A stretch of DNA of 64,000 nucleotides from Styela clava (lineage: Eukaryota), in the NCBI RefSeq assembly GCF_964204865.1, contig NC_135256.1:7998001-8062000 (forward strand). The letters run 5' to 3'. Made by a program: the position numbers and the translations under genes. Positions 35,641 to 47,953 of this stretch are shown in pieces; the first letter of the stretch is position 1, and each line of letters opens with the position of its first letter. Under the pieces are notes generated by a model. That model made no database searches. It worked only from the letters and a program-made list of their open reading frames with translations, and was not told the origin of the DNA.

Positions 35641-36540
35641 CATCTAATAATATCCCAGCTGGTAGTCACGATTTACAATTTCTTTTTTCCATAATTAAAA
35701 CTGTGCATTCAGGAAGCGCATAGGGTGAATCAACAACTGATGGCACTTTGGGCAAACTCGCTGGGGTATAATATATACTTTAATACTTTGGACAAATCTG
35801 ATAAATATCACACACATTTTATGCAGGGAACGCTAATCATGGACAAATTTGAAAACATCATTTAGTCAACAACTTATGCCGTTCACATTAAATATCGATG
35901 TGATAGCATCGAAATAGAGATCGATAATCTAATAGTAAAACGTGTACGCCCCAGCTCAGAATTGGCCTCTAAAAAAGGTATCCTTTGAAAGCCTAGTGAA
36001 TGTCCTGACAAACTATTGCGACTCCCATGACTTAATCATAGTGGTAGATTTCAATCTCATCTTGGAAGAAATTGACATTCTCAATATAAGCAATCTTAAA
36101 CTTTGCCCGTCTGCAAGGATTTTTAAAAGTTTTATTAGAACAAATAATATTTACGATACCTTTTGGAAAAAATATCCCCAAAAACAGATCTTCCCCTATT
36201 ATACCGGAACACAAGAACGCAGGGTCGATAAAATCTACAATACATACAATTTGGAACATTTGATCTCGCATATCGGCCATATACCGAACACCATATCCGA
36301 TCATACGCCCTGCCCTTTAATTAAGTCAATCTACCTAACAGCTATGAAAAGGAGTATCTGGACTAAACGAAATAGAATAATCAAAACGATCAATACTATC
36401 AAAAATAACTGCTGGATTAAACTCCAAAATCAACCTAATGAACTACGCAAAAAGATCTGAGCACAGCAAAGAGCTCTCAATATTAAGTCAAATCGCCAAG
36501 ATATTGCTGGAAAATATCAAAATGCTGTGGGAATAACCTG
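35640..36540 (+). pseudogene. Tx1-like endonuclease fragment (family D-like) fused to an ORF2 C-terminal fragment
   Basis: IQEAHR, VYAP, VDFNLIL, RRVDKIY, ISDH. Confidence 0.7.
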
Positions 36541-36548
36541 AAACTCCT

Positions 36549-36740
36549 GTAGTAGTAGTAGTCTTTTATTCATTATTGCTGTTTGATTAAGCTAATCTCC
36601 TCGATCAACAGCACGGAGCATTTGGTCAAATATTTACTTCCATTCAGCGGCTTTGCCAGCCCGCTCTGAGTTAGGTGCATTGGGACCCTTCGAGAGTTTC
36701 TTTGAGGCCACTCTGCGTTTCCGTAACGTTTTTTTTTTAT
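36549..36740 (-). mobile_element. Short 5'-truncated retroposon 3' end with AATAAA and (CTA)n tail
   Basis: The - strand reads ...aatgaataaaagactactactactac; a microsatellite tail is typical of some non-L1 LINEs and SINEs. Confidence 0.5.
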
Positions 36741-36779
36741 ATTAAACCGTTACCGCGTTGTTTGTTATAATCCCTTAAA

Positions 36780-39700
36780 AAATTTCTCCAGGACATAACT
36801 ATTACTTAAGCAGACATAGACGGCTACGTCATTTATCCAAAAGTTTCATCAACAGACTAAAAGCGATCCAAACAGACCGTATTATTTGGGACCTCAAAAG
36901 CAAAGGCAAGAGATCTCCGGAGCACCGACTTTACATTTCAGACAAAATACCAGTATATTTGAATTATATACCCGTAAAAATAATATTGTTAAGGATTACT
37001 TCGAAAGACATCACGGAACTGAAACATTCATGAATTAAATATTGGACGACGGGATTAGAACTGGAACCAGGCGACTCATCATCAGCAACGAAAACATAAT
37101 AAAAAAACCAACGAAAAGTTATATAATGATCCAAAATTGTACAATTTTCGTAAAGCATCACGAAGGTTGCAACGTAAGCAGGCAACGCCCAACGATACAG
37201 AACAAAACGCAATTACGACCAAAACAGCCGCAACGGCTTATAAGGCAATATCAGCGGAACGCCAGACAACAGCAACGCAAAACACAACGCAGCCACAACA
37301 AAAGAAAGCCACCGCCATTAAATTGCCTGCATGCAAAAACGTACCATTAGAAAATAGTAATCAAGCACTCGAAGATAATCGAAACACAAACAATTCTAAA
37401 TCAGACCAAAGCGAAACTACAACCAATAGCCGGGAACAAGTATATATAGAGATTCAATCCAATCCAATCCAACCTCAACTTTGGTCAGTGACCAACGCGA
37501 CGCATATTGCGTCAATTGTAAGACCGATTTCCACCTCCCGTGGTCTTGCTGTGCACCGCAAACCCTGGTGATGGCTCGTAAAAACCAAAATGTCTTTCTG
37601 GCAAGAGACGGAATGTCCACAGTGTTGTAAAACGGCCGTGCCCCTTAAATGCTGCTATTCTCTAATAGCAAAAACGGACTTCAAATTCCACAAAAGAGCA
37701 TGCCCCCGATGTGAAAATCCTTTCCCAAAGCCAATATAAAAGCAAAACTAGGCCACGAACATACTAATTCAAAATGGAGGAAAAAACAAATTTTGACATT
37801 TGTTTTATACAGGAGACTCATTCGGAAAAACAAGACGAAATCAAATGGATACAGGAATGGATTCATGGCAAATCAATATGGAATTCCCACAACTCACTTT
37901 CAGCCGAAACAGCAATTTTGATCTGTAACCGAAATATGGACATACACCAACACAAAGCAAAAATGGATAATTTTGGAAGAGTTATTGTCGTCGACCTAGG
38001 TCCTAAAGATATTTGGACATAAAATTGATTTGGTAAATATATATGAATATACCGAAACCGGGAACAAGAACGCCACGCGGATAAATTTGATGGAAAAACT
38101 TTTGACTCTCAATAATAACGGTCACCTATAATCCTAGGAGGGGATTTCAATATGGTACTCGACCTAAATCTGGATCGATCAAATCACCAGAAACATAGTA
38201 ATGACGGAAATATTATCTCCATAATTAAACCTCAAAGACTCATTTTGAACCCTGCACGACAATGAAAAAGAATTCACATATCATCACCCAACTGGCGCAT
38301 CGCGACTCGACCGATTTTATACAAATTATATTTCAGGGACATCCCACATTCACGTATCCTGCCCATACTCTAACCATGACGCCGTAATCTTAGAGCTGGC
38401 AATGCAGAGGAATAAAACCAGAGACTAGGTTCATAGAAAAACAACACTCCCCACTATCTGAACGAAGAATTTCAATTCCTAATAATTTCAAAATGGAATA
38501 AAAGAACGACACTAAAAGACCTTTATTTTGAAAACCAACCGGACTGGTGGATCCACATCAAAGACAAGATTAAACTAACTAGCATTACCTTTAGTATCAA
38601 ATTGAAACCCGAGAAAGACCAACAGCAAAAACAACTGGAACACTATTTAAAGAAAATAAGGGAGAGGATAATAAAAGGTGAGCAAACATTCAAATTATAC
38701 CAGAATGTCAAAAACCAACTTAAAAACTTACATATTTATCGAAAATCCGACTACAATTGAATTGCAATCGAAAAAACCAGATCTTGAACTAACAAATGAA
38801 AACGCAACCCAACTTTTTAAAGCCATTAGTCGGGCAAAAGCGACTTCGGTAAGAAACCAAAATTTATAACGAAGAAGAGAAACTAACTGTCGTCCATAGA
38901 TACTTTGAAAAACTCTTAAATAAAAATTTCGACACAAACCTCAACCTAATAGACAATTTGATAGAGAACCAGGGATCTATAGACCTTACGAGTATAAGTC
39001 AGAGTATAACTGAACAAAAACCTAGAACCGCAATTTTTAGCATGACCAAAAATGAGACCCCGGGCCTCGACGGTCTAAGTATAGAACTCTACCAGTCCTG
39101 CGAAACTAAGAAGTACGATATTTTAGACCTTTTTAACGAGATCTACTCAAAAACAGGACTATCCCAAACCATAACAAACGGAATTATTATTTTGATTCAT
39201 AAGAACGGACCAACAAAGAACCTGAACAATTATCGACCAATTGCCTTCTTAATACGGACATGAAAATACTTAATAAAATTTTAGCCGAAAGAATAAAAAA
39301 AAGATACTCCCCCAAGTAACGCACCCACACAAATATTTGAACCTCCTAACAAAATCAACTCTCTATTACGAGAGCTAACAAGCGAGATGGCACACGTTGG
39401 CATGGGAGCCATCATTTCAGTCGACTTTAAAAAAGCTTTTGACTCGATCAATCATAAATACCTTTTTGAAATACTAAAACGTAAAGGTTTTGACCCAATA
39501 TTCATTAAATATATTAAACAATTATACTTTATGGCGACATCGTCGATACTTGTCAACAGCCGACTAACAAAACCTATTTATCTAAACAAAGAAATTAGAC
39601 AATAATTTTCACTTTAGCAATTGACCCATTACTGCAATCAATTAATAAGGAAAAAGTTTTAGCACCGACATACGCCGATGACCTAACTATCACTCTACCG

Positions 39701-40790
39701 AATAATGTAGCCATATGCAAAGCTCTGGATTTATTTGAAAACTTCAAAAAGATATTTGGATTACAAATCAATACGAAGAAAACACGCGGGATTAGATACA
39801 AGAATATTGCGAACTTTAAAGAAATTACTTGGGTGAACAAAATAAGCATACTGGGACACAAATATCTAACGATTAAAGAAACAGATAAGTGGAATTCACT
39901 TTCTCCGGAACTAACAACAATAATTGATAACCCAAATTATAACTCTATGCCAATTGAAAAAACATCCACTATTATAACGACCAAAATATTACCACTATTC
40001 ACATATATAGGAAAAGCCGCATACACCACAGGAGAAAACAAGCAAGAATACGAAAATTAATAAAGAAATTCCTTTTTAATGATAAAGAAGCAGTGGAAAA
40101 CGATATGATTGTTAGGCCAAAAAAATCAGGAAGCTTTAACATCGTAGACATACCTGTATTCCTTGACCTAATTTATTTGAATCCAAAATTAAAATCCATT
40201 CAAAATTCTTCATCACAGGATAACATCACAATGCAGCGTATCGAATACCAACTGGCATAACAACTTCGAAAATATACGGACGCCAAAATCACCCCCAGAA
40301 AACCACACACGGCCCACCAACACTGGTAAAAGTGCCTTGACATCATCGAGAAGTACAAAATCGAGAAGTACAAAAAAAGTAAAGAGGAATTTACCACCAA
40401 AACTAGAATAACGATAAACGAGCAGAATTTATATGGAAAATAGCTCACGAAATCCTACCCACTCGCGACAAGGCGAGAATAACGGCTATAATAGTGCCCT
40501 CTGTAAGCATTGGGGTAAATCAGGAGCACAACAATTATATCATGTAAATTTACAGTAGGTTTGCTAAAAACCGCCTTGAAGTGTTGGGAAACCATATCAA
40601 AAAAATAATTCCGAAGCCCTTCCAAAGAATCCATGCTATTCTACAAATTCTCGCCTCCTATTCAATGTGATATGTTAAATCTACCATGTAAAACAGAACC
40701 ATCAAATATATGACGCCCCCAGACCACCAAAAAGTTCTAAATAAGTTCCCATTGTTCATAAATTATCGTTGTTTAAAAGTTACGCGATTC
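36780..40790 (+). mobile_element. Decayed Tx1-like family A element (ORF1 plus most of ORF2)
   Basis: TGTRRLII..KSYI; FIQETH; GGDFN; TPGLDGL; VDFKKAFDSI; TYADD near 39670; colinear with 1600-6030. Confidence 0.88.
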
Positions 40791-42215
40791 GGTGACGCGA
40801 CGTCCGATAGCGTCTGGTGGCGACAAGTTACATTTTAATCGACATAACCTGTTCAGAACAATCGTATCGCAACTGTCGCAAAATAACGCCCAGAAGCGGA
40901 CGCCTGCAGCGCATCCATCCTACAAAAATATGGCAATGGTCGCCGTGAAAGGCACTTGTACCAGAAGAGGATCCTCGCGACCCGCCATAAAGAAAAACGT
41001 CTCTGAAAATTACAATTTTCTTTGCTCCGCGTTTTCGAGATGTGATAGTGCGGAAGTAGTTTTGGGCGATTCATCAATCACCGAGGAGGGGGTGGAGTCT
41101 CGCAACTCGATGTCATGTACCAAAACTTGTACGTAGGAGGTACCTGGTAATTTTGTTATAGAAGTATTCCCTATTGTGGATGTGTCTTTCAGCTTCGGTT
41201 TTCGGGTTCTTCTCGGTGATGGAGTTATGGGTAGTGAAAGCTCACTGTTGTCTCTGGATAGTGACCAGTCTTGGATTTCATCGTCAATAACCTCAATTTC
41301 CTCTGATTCCGAGGGGGATTCTGAGGGATGCGAAGATTCACTCTCCTTACGTTTATCGGTTGATTCGGCCGAGTTATGTGTGTTGTTTTTGTTATTACTG
41401 ATTGATTTGTTTGGCGCTGAGTTTGTTGGATTCGGTTTAGTTTTCATTGTTTGATTGAGCTAGGTTTTAAGCTTATCCGTTGTGTTTTTGGTTTGTTTAT
41501 GTGGACAATTGGATTGCAAATGACCTTCCTTATTGCATTGGCGAAATCTAACTTGGTTTTGGCAGTTCCTTGTTGTGTGCTCCTGGAGGCGGCAGTTCAG
41601 ACATGTTGGATTGTACAAATCCAATGGAAGAAATGTCTTGCAACTTGCCCCATTGATGGTAATAAATTATGGAAATTTAGATTTGTCGAAATTTCAATGA
41701 ACGCTGCTATGTACCCATTGTAGAAGGTGGTTCAACGGTAGTACAACTTTGATATATGCTTCAATTTTCCGCATTTTGTACTACTTAGGGCATTCCGGAC
41801 AGACTGGTGTTTTGTTTCATCTGGGACTGGTATGCCCCTTATACTGATTCTAGTAGGTGGTTTGGTCGACGGGTTGAAACTGATTTTAACATTATGCAAA
41901 TCGATGCCCTGGTTGTTTTGGTTCAAGAACGCGTCCCTCATAGATAGGTCTTCCAAGGTTAAATCAATTTGTTTAAATGAGATGATTCAAGTTTTAGGCC
42001 TGATTTCGTATATACCCGAAATACATTCTACATACTTTTCAAAGGTGTCAACAGATCTTAGAATGTCTAGATTCAACTGCAGCAGAATAATTCATATGTA
42101 TATCCAATTTGTGTTTATCCTTATTGTATCCCTTAAAGTTTGATGCTCTGTCTGAACTTAATCAAATAGCGAAATAACTTACTCGATTATCGACGGTTTG
42201 TTTACAGTTAGACAT
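40790..42215 (-). mobile_element. Tx1-like family B 5' leader and ORF1, inverted
   Basis: - strand MNYSAAV start at 42095; KPPTRISIRGI..PDET; Ser/Glu-rich tail homologous to 61200-61450. Confidence 0.82.
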
Positions 42216-42299
42216 GCCTTCACAACAAACAGACGCGGACGACGCTAATTGCAAACCTTACGCTAGCTGTTGTGACCAGACTATGCGCGTTTAGCGATT

Positions 42300-42345
42300 A
42301 TCATTATCAAAAAACGCAAACATGTCTGGAAGAGGTAAAGGAGGA
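42300..42345 (+). pseudogene. Histone H4 or H2A gene 5' fragment (TCATT start, A-rich 5' UTR, codons MSGRGKGG) at a Tx1 5' junction
   Basis: caaac ATG TCT GGA AGA GGT AAA GGA GGA at 42322-42345 is an exact match to the shared H4 / invertebrate H2A N-terminus; similarity stops where the Tx1 leader begins. Confidence 0.8.
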
Positions 42346-44790
42346 GTTCGCTGTGTTGATTAGGTCTTGATAGTGGTGTATTTAGCTGTATTAGGTACAA
42401 TATTATAGTCGCTGTCTGATTGAGGCACATGAACAAAGGATCACGCATTCTTGATTAAAACGCGGATTATAAAAATGGATTACTCTGTAGCAGTCTCTGG
42501 TCAGGTTGAAGTACAAGCTAAGCGTCCACGCTCGGTGGTTGCCGAGGTAAGTGGTGAATTAGGTATGACTAGTTTTCTATACATTCTAACAAATACGCCG
42601 TCAATGAGGAAATACATCAATGATCTTACCTTGATGTATGAATTAGGACCGAAGATCTGGGTTTTATCAACTTGACAAAAATTATGTGAACAAGTCTAAA
42701 AGAGACGATTTTCTAAAATAAAACCCGATGAGGTCAAACGGCAATAAGTGATTGAAGCACTAATTAACGCGAAGTGTGGTAAACTGAAAAATATAAACAA
42801 ACTCTACCACCGAGGTACGACGCTGTTTAATGGTTACGTTGCGGCATAGTTTACCGACTTCGACCATGTCAAATTTTCACGTTTCCTGGACATAGACGGG
42901 GCGCGCTGTAAAACATTTCTGCCGACGGAACTATACGCGCCAAAATGTATAAACTGCCTCGAATCGGGACATACGGCGCGCGGCTGCAAAATACCAAACG
43001 GTGCCGAACTTGTTCTAAGGAAGGACACATCAGCTCAAACTGCCCAGATAAGGTAAAAGAGACCCAACAGTCTCTTAGGGCATGGCTTAAGGCCACTGTA
43101 GTAAACAAACCGCCAGTGAAAAACAAAACCTACCAACCAGCATAAGAGGAAACATCCCGTAGAACACAGGTGAAAGAAACTCCGCCAATCAAAAACGGCA
43201 CAGGAGATCACAAAGAGATAACCATCTCACAGGGCAGCAGTGAGTCAGGGGAGATTGACGTTGAAAACAATGGGACCAAAAGTTGGTCCTTTAGCCCCGA
43301 CATCAGCGAGGAATCATTCCGCCCGAACCCGCCACCTCCAATAGCGCCTATAGGCAATACGTCATTCCAACCCCCAAAGGTAGGAGGAAGTCATTACTCG
43401 AAAAAGGATTCCGGAGTACGAACCCCAGGTGGTCTCGTACGATCCGGTGTTTCCGGATGCACCTCAGATTTCTTCCGCTCCAGCCTGTCTGGACACGGAG
43501 CAGTCATATAACACCACGGACCTCAAAAAACCTCAGCCGCGCCACCTAACGACCCAAGTAAATAAGAGAGACAGGAGTCAGACAAATTCTTCCTCTGTCT
43601 CTGCTTCGTCTTCTACTCCTTTGACAAAACAACCGTCAGCCAAAAAATGGAAATATTCATCAAATCTGGACTCGAAAAACCTCACCCACCTCAGTAATTG
43701 CCAAGCTAAAATGAGACTAATTTCTTTGAATGTAGACGGTATCATGCCACACCTCCAAAAAATGGGATTCACCATAAAAAAACACAAACCTGCGATTGTC
43801 TTTCTTTAGGAAGTGCATAAATTTCAAAAAACAGAAATTTACGCATGGTTCTCCAAACTGGGCTATAAAAGTTTTTAGACTCGATGGACCACACAAGAAC
43901 CGACGAACGCTTCTTCTCTGCAGGAACTGCTTTTTCAGTGTCCAACGTCCTAGTAGAAACAGTTATCCAATTCAAAGCCCTAATAAGTTATAGAGTCACA
44001 TTACTAGAACTAAAACTTCAGAACGACACCCTAAAAATTGTGAATGTCTATGGACCCCCACATAAAGGCAGACTTACACAAACCAAATTTTTCGAATCGC
44101 TGACAACTATATTATTTCAAGATTTTCTCCACCACGCCAACCTTATAGTAGCAGGAGACTTTAATGCTATAACAGATCAGATAGACGCCCTACATATAGC
44201 AAAATCCGGATTAAAAAACGGCGAAATTTTTTTTCAAAACATTCATTCAGAGCACAAAGGTAAGTGACCCTTACGGAGAAAACAATCCAAACAAGAGATT
44301 ATATACAATCCACCGCAAGCTTTAAGCCAGGCGCATAGATAGGATATATATCTCCGAGGAGCTTAAGATTTTCATGAAATTATGCGAGTGTCATACGAAC
44401 ATAGTCTCTGTTCATCCTCTCTCGGCGCCTTCCTTAAACTGAATTGGGGTAAAGGCACTTGGAGAAACAACACCAAGCATTATTGCAACACGGTCTTCCT
44501 TGAAATAATCGAAAATATATATAACCACCTCCTGGTTCAATTGGAGATGTACAATCACCTTCAAATATGGTGGGACCACGTAAAATAAAATGATAGAACA
44601 GAAAACATAGAAAAAAAAAGAATTCTTAAACATCAACAGCGAACAGAATAATTCAGACCTCGACAGCAAAAAGTTATACTTATCAAATATCATTTATGAA
44701 AGGAAATCCTTCGCAAAGTATGTAGCAAATCAGAAGGAAGCTGAGGAAGACGAGAACCCGACTAAACTCTTTTACGATAACATTGCAGCC
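42346..44790 (+). mobile_element. Tx1-like family B element with intact 5' end: ORF1 (ATG 42475) and ORF2 endonuclease
   Basis: MDYSVAVS..RPRSVVAEVS; two zinc knuckles; MRLISLNVDG; VNVYGP; VAGDFN; WGKGTWRNN. Confidence 0.88.
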
Positions 44791-44799
44791 TTGTTTTAT

Positions 44800-46790
44800 G
44801 CCGCGTTCGATCTTAATTCCATTGTCGAGTTTAATGTTTCGTCACAGCCGAGCCGGACGTATTAGGTTAGACCTACAAAACCAAATAACGTGGTTGAATC
44901 AGCAAGGACTAGTGATAGCTTTTTGAAAGCCACGCAATATGAAATAAAAGCAGGCCAAACGAATATTAGATTCTACCCTCCATCAAAACCACCAACCAGA
45001 ATCAGTATCAGGAACGTTCCTGACTAAACAAGACCCTAGCCCGTAATGTATGTTCTAAGCAAAGTCAACTGCGGCAAACAATGAATGTATAGCCGCTTGG
45101 ATGGAAGACTTTGAGCGAGAACACTACCCTATTTCTAACAATTGACAGCGCAAAGGTAAAATCATATCTACCAAGCGAGCTCTATAACCCAATTTGTAAA
45201 AGCTGTTTAAACCCGGAAAAACAATTTAGCAAACTGTGACAATCAAACCCGATATAGGTTATGTAAATGTGTAGGCCACATTCTAGCAAACTGCCCACGA
45301 AGGTGATTTCAATGCTGTGACGGACGAAACAGATTTCAACCAGACAAAAACCTCTAACTTACCACAGCCCAAACAAACCGATCTTCACAATAAAAAGAAT
45401 GAACCGATCCAGACGCATCGACAGGCCATACATCTTAAAACGCGCAGCAACACAAATTAGATCATTTTCCCAATTTAAAATCCGACCACCTGCGCTTTCC
45501 CGTCATCAAGATGACTTAATATATAAAGCTAAAAATGGGGGTGGAGCATCTGGAGAAATAACACCGCTCACTACAAAAACCCAGAACTTGTTAAAATAAT
45601 AAAAAATCACTATAACCTCCTTCACGGACATCTCGAAAGTGCCAATAACTTGTTAGACTGGTGGGACGACGCAAAGATCCAAATAAAGAAAGAACCGATC
45701 TCCTATGGGATTAGCCAAAAACAGCTCGCAGCCGCGGCACAACGGGAAATTGAAGAGCAAATAAGAAAATCCGCTCAAGGTACGTCTCGCTTCTCCTCGC
45801 GACACTTAACAAGGAGAGGCAAACAAACAAATACTATCTCTTGCCCTTCCCTCAACACTCATGGAATCGAAAACAATAGTGATACCAACGCGATATCTCA
45901 ACAAAATCCAAGCCATCTTCTTTAAGTACATCTGGCACCCCGAATACTTTACGAGTGTCGCTCGTAAAATATTGCTCCTACCGACAAGAAAGGGCGGAAT
46001 TTGTTTGGTCGACATCAAATTGAAATCCCATGCATGCCTCTTTCAAAAACTAGTCATCTTACTCAGTACAAGCAACCAAGTCGAATTCGAGCACTACGAA
46101 GCTCTTTACACATTGGGGTACAAAATAGTCTTTCAACCCGTCAGTCTATTTTAACTCGGCCACCCACGCTCTCCGTTGGCCACATATTCGTAACATAAGT
46201 CATGTCATAAAATTAGGACTTTCCGAATGGGAAGGAACAACTGTGAGGTTTCCCTACAAAGTAAATACTTACGAATGCTGTAGCAAAGATAATTGCGATT
46301 AGGGTAGAACTCACCTAACGGACAGGCGAATAAAGCCGTATTTTTTCAATCCCGAGCGGCAGGCTGCATATCAAATTAAAAGAGACGGTTTCCTTTTCAG
46401 TCACCTAAAATGGAGGTTCGGACACAACACCGCATTTACTACAAAATTGCGCTAGACACTAAACAGTCAAAACAGTTACGCAGCAAATTGGGACTTAGAA
46501 AACCTGCACCAAGAAGTACTACCTGGATTAGCTCAATATATGAATAACTTCAATTACACATACGAATCGATCTAGACCGTCGAACTAAAATCAAATTGCA
46601 AATCACTACTTCCACGAAATATACTTGCAAACTAGCCGCATATATGACGGCACCCCCTGTCCCCGATAAATGGGAGCATTCCATAAAAAATACCATCTAG
46701 ATCCCTAACAGAAATGATGAATCGAAAGCTAATGTAACACTGATCCGAGACAAGAGTATATTTTCTGATCCGTAGATAGAAAAAAAAACG
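44800..46790 (+). mobile_element. Heavily deleted family B element (ORF1 piece, endonuclease piece, ORF2 C-terminus, 3' end with A-run)
   Basis: Colinear with 8990-9500 and 10850-12010 with the RT core deleted; shared 3' motif atccc(t)aac.gaaatgatgaatcg..agct. Confidence 0.82.
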
Positions 46791-47757
46791 AAAGACATGT
46801 CTCGAACAGGTGTTCGCCGTTCGAAGAATTAGCTACATTAGTTGAGTGTTTGATTGTATTAAGTAAAGTCCTACTCTGTATATATTCTGTGGAACATATT
46901 AACTTGGAGATAAACAATGGATTACTCCGCCGCAGTATACGGTCAGAACAAGCTACAAGTAAAGAGACCACTCTCGGTGGTTGCTGAGTTGAGTAAAGAT
47001 ATAATTATTACCATGTTTATTAGGATACTTACTAACTCTGCATCCACGAGAGACTACATAGAAGAACTAACCGCTTTGAGTATTATCGTTTCGACAACTA
47101 GCTGAACATAATATCAACAAGTCTAAATGGGACGTGTTTTTGATTTCTGCCGCCTACGATACCACCGACGCGCGTGAGCATTAAGGAGGTCCCGGACGAA
47201 ATCAGACGGCGGAAAAATAAATTATAACCAAACTCTACCATCGAGGAACGATGTTATGTAGGCTAATGAATACATAGCGGCCTGGCTTTCCGACTTCGAC
47301 CATGTCAAATTTCCGTCTTTCCTGGACATAGACGGCGCGCGATATAAGACGTATTTGCCGACAGAACTTTACACTCTCAAGTGCATTAATTGTCTAGAAT
47401 CAGGACACTCGGCTCGTAACTGCAATGACTTTGAAGCGATGCCGCGTGTGCGAGAGCCGCATAAGCTTCAAATTGCCCCGAAAGGAAAACAATAGCCCCA
47501 ACAGTTAATAAGATCTGAGAACAAGCCACAAACAAACACCAAATAAGAGCAAAGATATCTCCTTAAAAAACGCCAGTAGTTATCTCGCCGAATAAGAGTG
47601 CCACACAAAATGTCGGAGACACCGGAACCATCTCGAGGAGCAACAACGAATGTGAACTCATTGACGTTAAAAGCAAAGAGAACAATGACTAGTAACTCAG
47701 CCCTGACATAAGTGAAGCGTCTTTTCGCCTGAGTCCACCGCTCCCGGCAGTACAACG

Positions 47758-47948
47758 CAGGGCTGGGAAGCCGGGACTGGAGTCGGAGCCATTACATTTT
47801 GATGGAGCCGGAGTCGGAGTTGGAGCCAAGCTTTTTATAACAGATGGAGCTGGAGCCGGAGATGGAGCTACCAAAAATTTAGGGCCTCCAGGCTCCAGCT
47901 CCTAAATATCTCATTTTTTGTTTTTCAAACTTATAATTTTCTGATAGC
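47758..47948. mobile_element. Left part of a hAT-like MITE with (GGAGYC)n subterminal repeats
   Basis: cagggctggg start followed by repeated ggagtc/ggagcc hexamers and inverted ggctcc copies. Confidence 0.6.
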
Positions 47949-47953
47949 GTTAC

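Noticed and set aside
45715-45780. KQLA...RKSA resembling the H3 tail
   Set aside because: In frame within Tx1 ORF2 and colinear with 9420-9480; the spacing differs from H3.
46712-46771. Box C (ATGATGA) ... CTGA ... CTGA pattern resembling a C/D snoRNA
   Set aside because: No terminal stem, and the homologous segment near 11993 lacks box D; better explained as Tx1 3' UTR.
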